This document shows, piece after piece, positions 9,756-19,163 of a stretch of DNA of 64,000 nt. This DNA is from Patescibacteria group bacterium. Its GTDB lineage: Bacteria; Patescibacteriota; Microgenomatia; Daviesbacterales; UBA10151. The stretch covers positions 5,333-69,332 of the forward strand of contig JAMCSY010000011.1 in assembly GCA_023379125.1 (NCBI GenBank), read 5' to 3'. Position 1 is the first letter of the stretch, and every line of letters starts with the position of its first letter. The notes beneath the pieces were generated by a model, which was not told the origin of the DNA, did not search any database, and saw nothing but the letters and a program-made list of their open reading frames with translations. A program made the translations under genes and the position numbers.

Positions 9756-11572
9756 TAAGCCCGAGCTTGTAATCTAAATAATGAAGCATATTTACCATTA
9801 AGTTTCATTAACTGCTCATGATTACCAGACTCTGTAATCTTGCCTTTATCTATCACATAAATCCGATCTGCATTTCTGACAGTAGAGAAACGATGGGAAA
9901 TAATAATGACACTTTTCTCGCGAGAGAGTTTTTCCACTCGACTAAAAATTTCTGCTTCTGCCTTAGCATCAATTGCTGATGTAGGCTCATCTAAAACCAA
10001 AACAGGAGCATTTCTCAAAAAAGCTCTGGCTAAGGCAATCCTTTGCCATTGCCCAGTAGAAAGTTCAGCACCTTTTTCCCAATTTCTACCTAACATTTGC
10101 TGATAACCAGCGTCTAACTTTGAAATCATCTCATGAGCCCCAGCAGAAGTAGCAGCAGTAATAATTTCTGGTAGTTCAATATGGCGATGGATATCACCAA
10201 AATTAATATTTTCTTCAACAGTATGCTCGTACCTGTTAAAATCTTGAAACAGTACTCCTACATTTTGATACCAACTTTCCAAGTTAATTTCTTTCAGGTT
10301 TTGACCATTAATCAGAATCTCACCTTGAGAAACATCATAAAAGCGGGTTAGCAGCTTTATGGCAGTAGTTTTTCCAGCTCCGTTTTCTCCCACAAAAGCA
10401 ATCTTTTCTCCAGGCTTAATTACTAAAGAAAAATCTTTTAGTGAGTTCTTTTTGCTATCCGGATAAGTAAAGTCAACATTTCTAAACTCAATTAAGGGAG
10501 CTTTCTTCAAGCGAGGCAAAATTGTTGCATGAGGATCAGAGGTAATAATCGGCTCTGTATCCAAGACATCAAAAATGCTTTGAATATACAGACTGCTTTC
10601 ATAGATATCGTTTAAATTCCGAAACAGCCCACCTAAAGAATTTTGAAAATTACCAATTATTCCACCGTAAAAACCAATATCACCAACTGTGAGTTTTTTC
10701 ACTAAGACTTGTACTATGACATAAAATTGAATCCCGATTAAAACTCCAGCTGATAAAATTCCGAATAAAGCACTTGATAGGTACTCCTTTTTGGCAATCT
10801 GGGTATTTTCCCGATAAAATTTTTCTTGAGTTTCTTTAATCTCTTTCAAAAACTTATCCGCCAGCTTAAACAGTTTAATCTCTTTGATCCAATGGCTGCT
10901 CTGTAAAATATAGGACAGGTAAAAAAAGCGTTTTCTTTCCGGTGTGTTTTTACTCCAGATTCCCCAAGATAACTTGGAGTGATAAGTTTGCTGGATAAAC
11001 TCGGGCACAGCAATCGCTAAAATTAGGGGGATCAGTAACCAGTTTAGCCTAGCTACAATCCCCAACGTGACACCAATTTGAATTACTCCTTGCATCACTA
11101 ACAAAGCACTGTCCACAACCCGTGGGGGACGAAAATTCGCACTGTCGCGAACCTTGTCTAGCAAGTCATTAAAATCACTGTTTTCAAAGTACTGCACATC
11201 TAAGTGCGCAGTCTTTTTATATAAAACTTGATTTAAATAAATGGGGAACTTGGTCCACAGCAGGCGATGGACAAAATTTTGAGTATTAAAAGCTAGATCA
11301 GAAATAAAATATACTGCTAAACTTAAGCCTAGTAGTAAATAAAGCTGGTTCCAATTAATCGCTGATTGATTTAAAGCACTCACCACAAAATTAATAATTA
11401 GCTTGGCGATATAAGCATTTAAAAAAGGAGTCACTGACGGGACAAGTACGACTACTGCCGAACCAATAAACATCCGCCGGTCAACCTGCCAAGTCAATTT
11501 AAGCAGTCTAAAAGTGGTAATAAAAGTATCTTTAAATTGAGCTGTTTTATTAATATTTCCTGTTTTTTCCAT
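9749..11572 (-). CDS. ABC transporter, fused permease/ATP-binding protein (type I exporter, MsbA-like)
   Basis: 607 aa; six N-terminal TM segments; Walker A GENGAGKTT, signature LSTGQWQRIALARA, Walker B VLVLDEPTSAID, H-loop SHR. Confidence 0.85.
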   Translation of the reverse strand: MEKTGNINKTAQFKDTFITTFRLLKLTWQVDRRMFIGSAVVVLVPSVTPFLNAYIAKLIINFVVSALNQSAINWNQLYLLLGLSLAVYFISDLAFNTQNFVHRLLWTKFPIYLNQVLYKKTAHLDVQYFENSDFNDLLDKVRDSANFRPPRVVDSALLVMQGVIQIGVTLGIVARLNWLLIPLILAIAVPEFIQQTYHSKLSWGIWSKNTPERKRFFYLSYILQSSHWIKEIKLFKLADKFLKEIKETQEKFYRENTQIAKKEYLSSALFGILSAGVLIGIQFYVIVQVLVKKLTVGDIGFYGGIIGNFQNSLGGLFRNLNDIYESSLYIQSIFDVLDTEPIITSDPHATILPRLKKAPLIEFRNVDFTYPDSKKNSLKDFSLVIKPGEKIAFVGENGAGKTTAIKLLTRFYDVSQGEILINGQNLKEINLESWYQNVGVLFQDFNRYEHTVEENINFGDIHRHIELPEIITAATSAGAHEMISKLDAGYQQMLGRNWEKGAELSTGQWQRIALARAFLRNAPVLVLDEPTSAIDAKAEAEIFSRVEKLSREKSVIIISHRFSTVRNADRIYVIDKGKITESGNHEQLMKLNGKYASLFRLQARAYQ

Positions 11573-11577
11573 AATTT

Positions 11578-11721
11578 ATAAGCTTCCCCAGACTGAAAAG
11601 TCCGGGGTTTTTCTCTGGCTAGCTTTCAAGCGCTTCGCTACCCGTTTGCCGGTAAAGCTTGAAGCCTACTTCGTCTACATCCACGAGCTGAGAGCTCGTG
11701 GTTTTGACGAAGCGGTTATAA
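11578..11721. repeat. Structured intergenic repeat, family 1, copy 2
   Basis: Contains the GNRA-loop hairpin CCCCAGACU-GAAA-AGUCCGGGG. A nested hairpin CCACGAGCU-GAGA-AGCUCGUGG is enclosed by the outer stem CTTCGTC..GACGAAG. Lies in the divergent region between the ABC exporter and tyrS. Confidence 0.7.
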
Positions 11722-11796
11722 TCATACCAAATATATCCCAAAATTAATTCCAAAACAGTCTGTGATTATAAGCATTTTTAGGATATAATCATAAAC

Positions 11797-12921
11797 ATGA
11801 CTACTGATGAGAAGCTGAGCTTGATTACTAGAAATTTGGAGGAAGTTTTAACAACTGACGAGTTGAGGAAACTATTAGAGTCAGGTACCCCTCTAAAACA
11901 CTACATCGGCTTTGAAATCTCTGGTAAGATCCATGTTGGCCAGGGGATTTTAAGCATGATGGTGATAAAAAATCTCCAAGAGGCAGGAGTAGATATTACA
12001 GTCTATTTAGCTGATTGGCACACCTGGCTTAATAAAAAACTAGATGGTAATTTGTCCACTGCTTCTAAAATGGCCTTGCAATATTTTGCCGAAGCAATGA
12101 AAGCTTGCGCTCTGGTAGTTGGTGCAGATCCAGAAAAAATAAAGTTCCTTTTAGGAAGCGAATTTTATAAGGCGAAAGGTCTAGATTATTGGTCCACAGT
12201 TATCAGAGTATCAAAAGAAACAACTCTCGCTAGAATGCTCAGATCTACCACGATTATGGGAAAAAAGGAAGAAGATATTACTGATTCAGCAATGTTGATC
12301 TATCCAGCGATGCAGTCAGCAGATATCTTCACGATGGGCGTTAATTTAGCACATTCTGGGACAGATCAACGGAATGTACATGTAATTGCTCGAGAAAATG
12401 CGGTTAAGCTAGGTTTTGATAAACCAATTGCCCTACATCAACATTTACTCTTAAGTCTATCCAAACCTGATGTTTGGCCCATCCCAGAGGGGGACAGAGA
12501 AGAATTAGCTCAGTCCATGAAAATGAGCAAGAGCAAACCCGATAGTGCCATTTTTATTCACGATAATCCAGATGAAATCAGAAGAAAGATTAAAGAGGCT
12601 TTTGCTCCAGAAGCAGAGGCTAAATATAATCCTATTTTGGATTGGACTAAATATTTAGTTTTTGGGTTACAAAGCGAGTTTACTATTAAAAGAGCGGAGC
12701 AATATGGTGGTAATGTTACTTATTCTTCATATGAGCAGCTTGAAAAGGACTACCAGCAAAAGAAACTTTATCCACTGGATTTAAAGAATGCTTTGGCTGA
12801 GTGGTTGATTAAAAAATTGGAGCCAGCCAGAACTTATTTTGAGGACCCTCAAAGACAACAAGCTTTAGCAGAAATAGAAAAGTTAACTTTGACGAAGCGA
12901 TATAATATTAAAAATGGATGA
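11797..12921 (+). CDS. tyrS: Tyrosyl-tRNA synthetase, archaeal/eukaryotic type
   Basis: 374 aa; HIGH-region YIGFEISGKIHVGQG matches archaeal TyrRS YIGFEPSGKIHLGH rather than the bacterial form; KMSKS present. C-terminus GGNVTYSSYEQLEKDYQQKKLYPLDLKNALAEWLIKKLEP closely resembles recalled M. jannaschii TyrRS. Confidence 0.75.
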   Translation: MTTDEKLSLITRNLEEVLTTDELRKLLESGTPLKHYIGFEISGKIHVGQGILSMMVIKNLQEAGVDITVYLADWHTWLNKKLDGNLSTASKMALQYFAEAMKACALVVGADPEKIKFLLGSEFYKAKGLDYWSTVIRVSKETTLARMLRSTTIMGKKEEDITDSAMLIYPAMQSADIFTMGVNLAHSGTDQRNVHVIARENAVKLGFDKPIALHQHLLLSLSKPDVWPIPEGDREELAQSMKMSKSKPDSAIFIHDNPDEIRRKIKEAFAPEAEAKYNPILDWTKYLVFGLQSEFTIKRAEQYGGNVTYSSYEQLEKDYQQKKLYPLDLKNALAEWLIKKLEPARTYFEDPQRQQALAEIEKLTLTKRYNIKNG

Positions 12922-13021
12922 TTTAGTCAGAAAATATCGTTGGGTCTGGATTATTTTAACCATTGTTGGCACTGTTGCCATCTTAATTTTTTCACTCTTA
13001 CCACTTTTCTCAGCCTACTAG
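12914..13021 (+). CDS. Possible small membrane protein (35 aa, MDDLVRKYRWVWIILTIVGTVAILIFSLLPLFSAY)
   Basis: ATG overlaps tyrS stop (ATGGATGA); single TM helix; below the ORF-track length cutoff; unverified. Confidence 0.25.
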   Translation: MDDLVRKYRWVWIILTIVGTVAILIFSLLPLFSAY

Positions 13022-13039
13022 TAAAAGTATAATGCCCTC

Positions 13040-15067
13040 ATGCAGCTTGATACACCTCTTTCTGCCTTAATGGGCATTGGTCCAATTTTACTATCTAGGT
13101 TAAAAAAACTAAACCTTAATACTGTTGAAGATTTATTGAATTATTATCCCTTCCGCTATGAAGACTACTCACACATTTCTAGTGTGATGCAAGCCCAAAG
13201 TGGAGAAAAATTAACTTTATCAGGAGAGGTTTGGTCAATTGGTAATACTTATACTAAATTCAGAAAAGTCTTAACTAAAGCAATTTTTAATGATGGCAGC
13301 GGACCAATTGAGATCATTTGGTTTAACCAACCTTGGCTTATCAAAAGTATTACAAGTGGTGATAAACTGCAGATTTCTGGCAAAATCAAGAAAACTCGCT
13401 CGAAAATCCAAATTATTTCACCACAGTGGGAAAAACTTCAAGCTTTTTCCAATCAACAATATAATATCCACACAGGTAGGTTAGTTCCAGTTTATTCAGA
13501 AACTTATGGTCTAACTTCAAAGTGGCTAAGAGCCAAAATTTCTCAACTTTTACCCAATATGTTACCAAAAATAATAGATTACCTGTCAGAAGAAGTAAGA
13601 CAAGACATGCTAAGTCTGCCTGAAGCAATTACCCAAATACATTTTCCTGCTAATCTAGATGAAGCAAAGAATGCTTACCAGAGACTTGCTTTTGACGAAC
13701 TATTCCTGATTCAACTTGCTACTCTCCGACAGAAAGCCAGTTGGCAAAACAAAACAACCACTTACCCAATTGAAATTAACTCTGTAAAACTAGATCAATT
13801 TATCAATGATCTACCCTTTAGATTAACTAACGCTCAGCTGCGCGTGATCAAAGAAATTAGCCATGACCTAAGTCAGGGTACGCCAATGAATCGTTTAGTG
13901 CAAGGAGAGGTAGGGTCGGGCAAGACCGTCGTGGCCGCCGCTATCATATTTTTAACCTACCTAAGTGGACTCGGCTCAGTGGTGATGGCCCCTACAGAAA
14001 TTCTAGCTTTCCAGCATTATCAAACTTTAGACAAGCTATTAGGCCCATATGGGATCCAAATTGGTTTGTATACAGGTAGTAAGAAGTTTACCAAGCAAAA
14101 CATTAAACCAGAAGTAATCGTCGGTACACATGCTTTACTCTCCGATCAACTGAGCCTAGCAAATATCGGCTTGGCAGTAATTGACGAGCAGCAGCGGTTT
14201 GGTGTTGAGCAAAGAACAAAACTCCGACATAAGGCAAAAGTTCCACATTTTTTAACAATGACCGCTACACCAATACCACGTACAGTCGCCTTGACGCTTT
14301 ATGGTGATTTGGATTTGTCAGTGATTGATGAACTACCAAAGGGTAGAAAAGTTGTTCGAACATATTATGTACCCGAAAGCAAAAGAGCCGATTCTTATCG
14401 GTTTATTGAAAATGAGGTAAAAAATGGTTCACAAGTATATATCATTACTCCACTTATTGAGCAGTCAGAAACACTTCTTTCAGCTAAGGCTGCTAAAGTT
14501 GAGTTTGAAAGATTAAGCAAAGACATTTTTCCCAAGCTACGACTTGGCTTATTACATGGTCGGCTAAAATCCAAAGAGAAGGAAAAAGTGATCGCTGATT
14601 TTAAATTGCATAATATCGACATTCTTGTGTCAACATCTGTTGTGGAAGTAGGGGTTGATGTTCCTAATGCAACAGTCATGGCAATCGAAGGTGCGGACAG
14701 GTTTGGACTTGCCCAATTACACCAGCTTCGCGGCAGAGTAGGGAGAGGTGAAAAAGAATCGTTTGCTTTCTTGTTCGCTGAGGATAGTACTTACCCAGCA
14801 ATTTCCCGCTTAAAAAACCTGGAGAAAATTCACGACGGTCTACAACTATCAGAGTTAGATTTGCAAATTCGCGGCAGTGGGCAAATCTACGGGACAATGC
14901 AAAGTGGTAGTTGGGAGTTAAAAATCGCTTCTTTGACTGATCTAAATTTGCTAGAGAAAACGCGCAATTTTGCGCAAAAAATCTTGCAAGCAAGCCCCAA
15001 TCTTGACAAATACCCTCAACTTAAGGCAAAATTGACCAAGACTTTAGCAGAAGTTATGCCTGATTAA
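13040..15067 (+). CDS. recG: ATP-dependent DNA helicase RecG
   Basis: 675 aa; wedge/OB N-domain; helicase motifs GEVGSGKT, DEQQRFGV, MTATPIPRT, QLHQLRGRVGRG. Confidence 0.9.
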   Translation: MQLDTPLSALMGIGPILLSRLKKLNLNTVEDLLNYYPFRYEDYSHISSVMQAQSGEKLTLSGEVWSIGNTYTKFRKVLTKAIFNDGSGPIEIIWFNQPWLIKSITSGDKLQISGKIKKTRSKIQIISPQWEKLQAFSNQQYNIHTGRLVPVYSETYGLTSKWLRAKISQLLPNMLPKIIDYLSEEVRQDMLSLPEAITQIHFPANLDEAKNAYQRLAFDELFLIQLATLRQKASWQNKTTTYPIEINSVKLDQFINDLPFRLTNAQLRVIKEISHDLSQGTPMNRLVQGEVGSGKTVVAAAIIFLTYLSGLGSVVMAPTEILAFQHYQTLDKLLGPYGIQIGLYTGSKKFTKQNIKPEVIVGTHALLSDQLSLANIGLAVIDEQQRFGVEQRTKLRHKAKVPHFLTMTATPIPRTVALTLYGDLDLSVIDELPKGRKVVRTYYVPESKRADSYRFIENEVKNGSQVYIITPLIEQSETLLSAKAAKVEFERLSKDIFPKLRLGLLHGRLKSKEKEKVIADFKLHNIDILVSTSVVEVGVDVPNATVMAIEGADRFGLAQLHQLRGRVGRGEKESFAFLFAEDSTYPAISRLKNLEKIHDGLQLSELDLQIRGSGQIYGTMQSGSWELKIASLTDLNLLEKTRNFAQKILQASPNLDKYPQLKAKLTKTLAEVMPD

Positions 15068-15192
15068 CTATTTTATCAGGATAGAAAAGTTGCATATAGA
15101 ATTAATAAATAAGGAGGTCTCGGTGATGGACGATCCGGCGGTGAACATTTTTTAAGCTGCAGGAAGATATGTCCGGATCCGTCCAAATCTAG

Positions 15193-15393
15193 GTGTCTCA
15201 AGAACCAAAAAGAAAACATAGTAAAATGCGCAAGCGGACAAGACGCGCTTCGATCATGTTGAAAAACATGGGACTTGTTTTATGCACGAATTGCCATGAG
15301 CCAACTTTGTCACACCAAGTGTGTAAAAGTTGTGGTTTCTATGATCAAAAACAGGTTAACATTAAAACTGAGGTTAAGGTAACTAAAGCCTAA
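15193..15393 (+). CDS. rpmF: 50S ribosomal protein L32
   Basis: 66 aa; PKRKHSKMRKRTRRA N-terminus and CxxC..CxxC zinc ribbon (CTNCHEPTLSHQVCKSCG). Confidence 0.8.
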   Translation: MSQEPKRKHSKMRKRTRRASIMLKNMGLVLCTNCHEPTLSHQVCKSCGFYDQKQVNIKTEVKVTKA

Positions 15394-15434
15394 AAAGTCA
15401 TTCCATCAGTCAATAGTCCAGTCAAAATCAACTA

Positions 15435-15842
15435 ATGAAAACCTCCAGTGACCCCCGCCACAAAAATCGTATCAGGCTAATGAAATCTTTATTTGCTTGG
15501 GACTTTCACAATCAAGATGACGACCTGGATAATTCAGCTAAAGATGTCATCAATCATATTGAATTGATTAATAGTGAGATTGGCAAAGCAGCTGCTCAAC
15601 GACCCTTGAAAGAGATTAATAAAATCGATTTAGCCATTTTACGGTTAGCAGTTTATGAATTGTTAGTCCAACCAAAACTTCATAGCCAAACTAGAGAAAA
15701 AAATGTTCCCTATAAAGTTATCACTGATGAGTCTGTTGAACTGGCTAAAGAGTTTGGTTCAGAGTCTAGTCCAAGTTTTGTAAATGGAGTCCTAGGGAAT
15801 ATTATTTCCGAGCATCATCTTGACGAACTGGGCTCAATTTAG
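15435..15842 (+). CDS. nusB: Transcription antitermination factor NusB
   Basis: 135 aa; signature AILRLAVYELL. Confidence 0.75.
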   Translation: MKTSSDPRHKNRIRLMKSLFAWDFHNQDDDLDNSAKDVINHIELINSEIGKAAAQRPLKEINKIDLAILRLAVYELLVQPKLHSQTREKNVPYKVITDESVELAKEFGSESSPSFVNGVLGNIISEHHLDELGSI

Positions 15843-15894
15843 GGCTTGCATTTTTCCCAACTAATAGATTTTAATAATCTAAGTATTTAAATTT

Positions 15895-16131
15895 ATGGCC
15901 GATCAAAAACAAATCATTGAAGCTATTGCCCAAGCCTTAACTTTACCAGAAAGTGATATTGACCTGGATTCTTCTCTGCAAGATGATCTAGGGCTAAATC
16001 CAGTAGAGATCGCTGATTTACTGGGAAGTCTATCAAAGGAGTTTAAAATCTTCTTTGAACAATCAGACGTGACAGGCTTAAAAACAGTGGGTGATTTAGT
16101 TGTTTTAATAGAAGATAAGTTGTTAGAATAA
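15895..16131 (+). CDS. Acyl carrier protein-like protein lacking the phosphopantetheine-attachment Ser (DLGLNPVE instead of DLGADSLD)
   Basis: 78 aa, acidic, aligns by eye with ACP helices II-III; Ser36 equivalent is Asn; conserved acpP-rnc neighbourhood. Confidence 0.55.
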   Translation: MADQKQIIEAIAQALTLPESDIDLDSSLQDDLGLNPVEIADLLGSLSKEFKIFFEQSDVTGLKTVGDLVVLIEDKLLE

Positions 16132-16155
16132 TCCTGCACTACCTTCTTTAATTTT

Positions 16156-16866
16156 ATGAGCGCAAATCTTGATGAATTTAGGCAGATACTGGAAAAATTA
16201 GGCTTAACGCCGACTAAAAACCCCTGCTACCAGACAGCTTTTATCCATCGTTCATATCTGAATGAGGCCAAAAATATTTCTAAATCTAATGAAAGGTTAG
16301 AGTTTTTAGGCGACTCTGTACTTTCTTTGATTGTTTCTACAGATCTTTATCAATCTCACCCTCAGGATGAGGAAGGTGAATTAACTAACTTACGAGCGTT
16401 TGTAGTCAAGACAGATTCTCTGGCAAAGGTCGCTCGTAATTTAGGACTGGGTAAGTTTTTAATGCTCTCAAAGGGAGAGGAGCTTTCGGATGGCCGAAAC
16501 AACACCCAAATTTTGGCTAACACTTATGAATCAGTTCTGGGAGCGGTATATTTAGATTTAGGACTCAACAGTGCCCGTAAATTTGTTGAGTCTACCTTAT
16601 TATCGTTTTTCCGCGAGGAAGTCGAAAAAGGGGCCCCTAAGGACCCTAAAAGCCAACTCCAGGAAGTGGCTCAGAATATTCTACAGTCAGCACCAAAATA
16701 CAAAATTCTACAAACTAGTGGCCCCGACCATGCTAAACATTTTACTGTTGGGGTGTTTTTACAAGGTCATCAAGCAGGAGAAGGTAGTGGCCCCAGTAAG
16801 CAACAGGCCGAAGAGATGGCTGCTCAACAAGCTTTAGAATACTTAGCTCAGCAATCCAAGAGTTAG
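16156..16866 (+). CDS. rnc: Ribonuclease III
   Basis: 236 aa; signature ERLEFLGDSVL; C-terminal dsRBD. Confidence 0.9.
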   Translation: MSANLDEFRQILEKLGLTPTKNPCYQTAFIHRSYLNEAKNISKSNERLEFLGDSVLSLIVSTDLYQSHPQDEEGELTNLRAFVVKTDSLAKVARNLGLGKFLMLSKGEELSDGRNNTQILANTYESVLGAVYLDLGLNSARKFVESTLLSFFREEVEKGAPKDPKSQLQEVAQNILQSAPKYKILQTSGPDHAKHFTVGVFLQGHQAGEGSGPSKQQAEEMAAQQALEYLAQQSKS

Positions 16867-17055
16867 TTAATCCTTAAGCTTGCTTTCATGAGCGTGCCTA
16901 TGGTAGTATGTGACAACGTTTAACTAATCTGGATTATGTTAGACAATGTCATAATTAAAGATAGTTGTAGACTTAAATGTTTAGCGGAAGGTGGCAAGTA
17001 ACTTTTAAGGTAAGACTTGAATAAGGCAGTTAGTACCCAAAAAGTTAAAAATTAT

Positions 17056-17550
17056 ATGTCTGTAAAAATAAGGTTAATGCGTATTGGCAACAAGAAACGC
17101 CCTTTTTATCGGGTGGTAGCTGTTGATGAGAGAAAAAAACGCGGGGGAGAATACATCGAAGCACTGGGGACTTATAATCCTCTAACTAAACCAAAAGAAA
17201 TTAATATTCATCAAGACCGTTTAGATGCTTGGAAAAAACAGGGAGCCATTTTCTCTGATGGGTTTTTAAGAATCATTGGACAAGCTCCACAAAGGCCACC
17301 ACGTAAACCCAAAAAAGTCAAGAATACACCTGCCGAGAAAGTAGCTACTGAGCCAGAACCTTCGGTAAACACTGAGTCATCCGCCAATGAGGAAACAGTA
17401 GTAACTCAACAAAATCCAGCAGAGGGTACAGCAGCAAGTTCTACAGCCGCAGAGTCAGCTAATCAGACTAGCGATGAGGGGCACGAGGCAAGTCCTGATA
17501 CAAGTAGCGAGGTCAAGCAAAGTGACGAAGTAAAAGAAAAGGATAAATAA
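17056..17550 (+). CDS. rpsP: 30S ribosomal protein S16 with about 80-aa low-complexity acidic/Ser-Thr-rich C-terminal extension
   Basis: MSVKIRLMRIGNKKRPFYRVVAVDERKKRGGEYIEALGTYNP matches S16; ORF-track start at 17017 is probably spurious, ATG at 17056 preferred. Confidence 0.8.
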   Translation: MSVKIRLMRIGNKKRPFYRVVAVDERKKRGGEYIEALGTYNPLTKPKEINIHQDRLDAWKKQGAIFSDGFLRIIGQAPQRPPRKPKKVKNTPAEKVATEPEPSVNTESSANEETVVTQQNPAEGTAASSTAAESANQTSDEGHEASPDTSSEVKQSDEVKEKDK

Positions 17551-17796
17551 GTGCAAGAACTGTTAGAGTATATCGTTAAAAATTTAGTCAGTAATCCAGA
17601 TCAGGTTAAAATTGATCAAGAAGTAAGTGATAACACCGTCAATTTAAATCTGACAGTTGCACCAGATGATATGGGAAAAGTTATTGGCAAAGCAGGCCAG
17701 ACAATTCGCTCAATCCGTCGATTGCTAGTGACTGTTGCTATGTCTACTAATTCTGGAACTCGAGTGAGCCTGAACTTGGTCGAGGAAGCAAAATAG
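17551..17796 (+). CDS. KH-domain RNA-binding protein (YlqC/UPF0109 family)
   Basis: 81 aa; GxxG KH loop VIGKAGQTIRSIRRLL; conserved position between rpsP and trmD. Confidence 0.75.
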   Translation: MQELLEYIVKNLVSNPDQVKIDQEVSDNTVNLNLTVAPDDMGKVIGKAGQTIRSIRRLLVTVAMSTNSGTRVSLNLVEEAK

Positions 17797-17799
17797 TTA

Positions 17800-18480
17800 T
17801 TGTTGATGAAAATCAACATCGTTACTTTATTTCCAAAACAGTTTATGCCATTTCTGGAAACTTCAATTGTTGGCCGAGCTGTCAAACAGCATAAAGTTGA
17901 ATTCAATTTAATTGATTTACGTCAGTTTGGTGAGGGAAAACACCAGATAGTTGATGATCGTCCTTTTGGCGGAGGACCAGGTATGATTTTGAAAGCTGAT
18001 ATCTTAGCCAAGGCAGTTAAATCATTGCCTTACAAACCATATACTCTTCTTATGTCAGCCTCAGGCAAGCCTTATAATCAGCAGCTAGCTCAACAGTTTT
18101 CTCAACTTCCAGAACTATTGATCATTGCTGGGCACTACGAAGGTGTTGATCAAAGATTTGTCGATAAGTATGTTAACGAAGAAATTTCGATCGGTGATTA
18201 CGTATTAACTGGCGGCGAGATTCCCACTATGGTAATTGCTGATTCGATAGTCCGTCTCATCCCTGGAGTACTTAAAAAAGCTGAGGCAACTGAACAAGAA
18301 AGTTTTAGTCACAACCTCCTCGAATATCCCCAGTACACCAGACCAGAGAATTTTGAAGGGGCAAAGGTACCTCCAGTACTACTATCTGGTCACCATCAAC
18401 AAATTAAACAGTGGCAAAAACAACAATCAGAAGAAAAAACTACTCACCTCAGACCTGACCTGCTCACCAAAAATCACTGA
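17800..18480 (+). CDS. trmD: tRNA (guanine37-N1)-methyltransferase
   Basis: 226 aa; MKINIVTLFP..VDDRPFGGGPGMIL SPOUT motifs. Confidence 0.9.
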   Translation: MLMKINIVTLFPKQFMPFLETSIVGRAVKQHKVEFNLIDLRQFGEGKHQIVDDRPFGGGPGMILKADILAKAVKSLPYKPYTLLMSASGKPYNQQLAQQFSQLPELLIIAGHYEGVDQRFVDKYVNEEISIGDYVLTGGEIPTMVIADSIVRLIPGVLKKAEATEQESFSHNLLEYPQYTRPENFEGAKVPPVLLSGHHQQIKQWQKQQSEEKTTHLRPDLLTKNH

Positions 18481-19163
18481 AAGGGATCAGCTTTACCCAA
18501 GGGAACAGACACATTCTCACTGGTAGTGTTTATTACTAGAGGAGCACTTCGACTATAGAGTTGTTGCAATACCGTCTTATCTTTTTCGTTAAGCTTAGCT
18601 ACTGGTTGTTCCGGATTAATCTTGGAGGCAGAAACTGTTTTGTAATAGGCATCAATAGGCAAAGTAATTTCTGCTCCATCACCCTGATTAGAAAATCTAA
18701 TTGCCTCAACTGTTACTGCCCGCTGAAAATTATCTAAATTACTTAAAAACAGTCCTAGCTGTGGTGGTTGGCCCAAAGCAGTTAAGTTTAATACATAGCT
18801 ACTGTTGTCTCCAGTTTGTTTGAGTTGACCAAAATTAAGATTTTTAGTGATCAGTGCAGATTGACTCATTAATCCTTGTATTGAAACCACAGTTTCTGGG
18901 ACAGCAGGGGAGGTAGGTAAAACATTCAGTAGGATCTGTAAATCTTTTGACATTTGATCTGAATCTAAACTATTCAGATCATTAATTTTAGTTTCCAATC
19001 GCGTACTTCGATCATTAAGGGCACTAATTTTTTTCTGAGTATCAAGATAACTTAACAGTTGTGGAACAATCACCAGACCCACTACTGAGACTGAGACAAC
19101 CAGCACAACTATGGGAATTACTAAAAAACTATATTGTTGAAAAGTAAATTTTATTTGGTCCAT
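18474..19163 (-). CDS. pilO: Type IV pilus assembly protein PilO-like
   Basis: 229 aa; N-terminal TM then coiled coil; positioned after pilM-pilN. Confidence 0.5.
   Translation of the reverse strand: MDQIKFTFQQYSFLVIPIVVLVVSVSVVGLVIVPQLLSYLDTQKKISALNDRSTRLETKINDLNSLDSDQMSKDLQILLNVLPTSPAVPETVVSIQGLMSQSALITKNLNFGQLKQTGDNSSYVLNLTALGQPPQLGLFLSNLDNFQRAVTVEAIRFSNQGDGAEITLPIDAYYKTVSASKINPEQPVAKLNEKDKTVLQQLYSRSAPLVINTTSENVSVPLGKADPFQ

Noticed and set aside
11578-11796. T-box leader upstream of tyrS
   Set aside because: No T-box consensus (AATTAGGGTGGNACCGCG) or specifier-loop architecture was found. The structured sequence is a copy of the dispersed family-1 repeat also found at two non-aaRS sites.
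12919-13031. TGA recoding (code 25, TGA=Gly) that would extend tyrS
   Set aside because: Long conserved genes (gyrA, gyrB, recG, PBP) are intact under the standard code and many end with TAA adjacent to the next gene. TGA is therefore treated as a stop.
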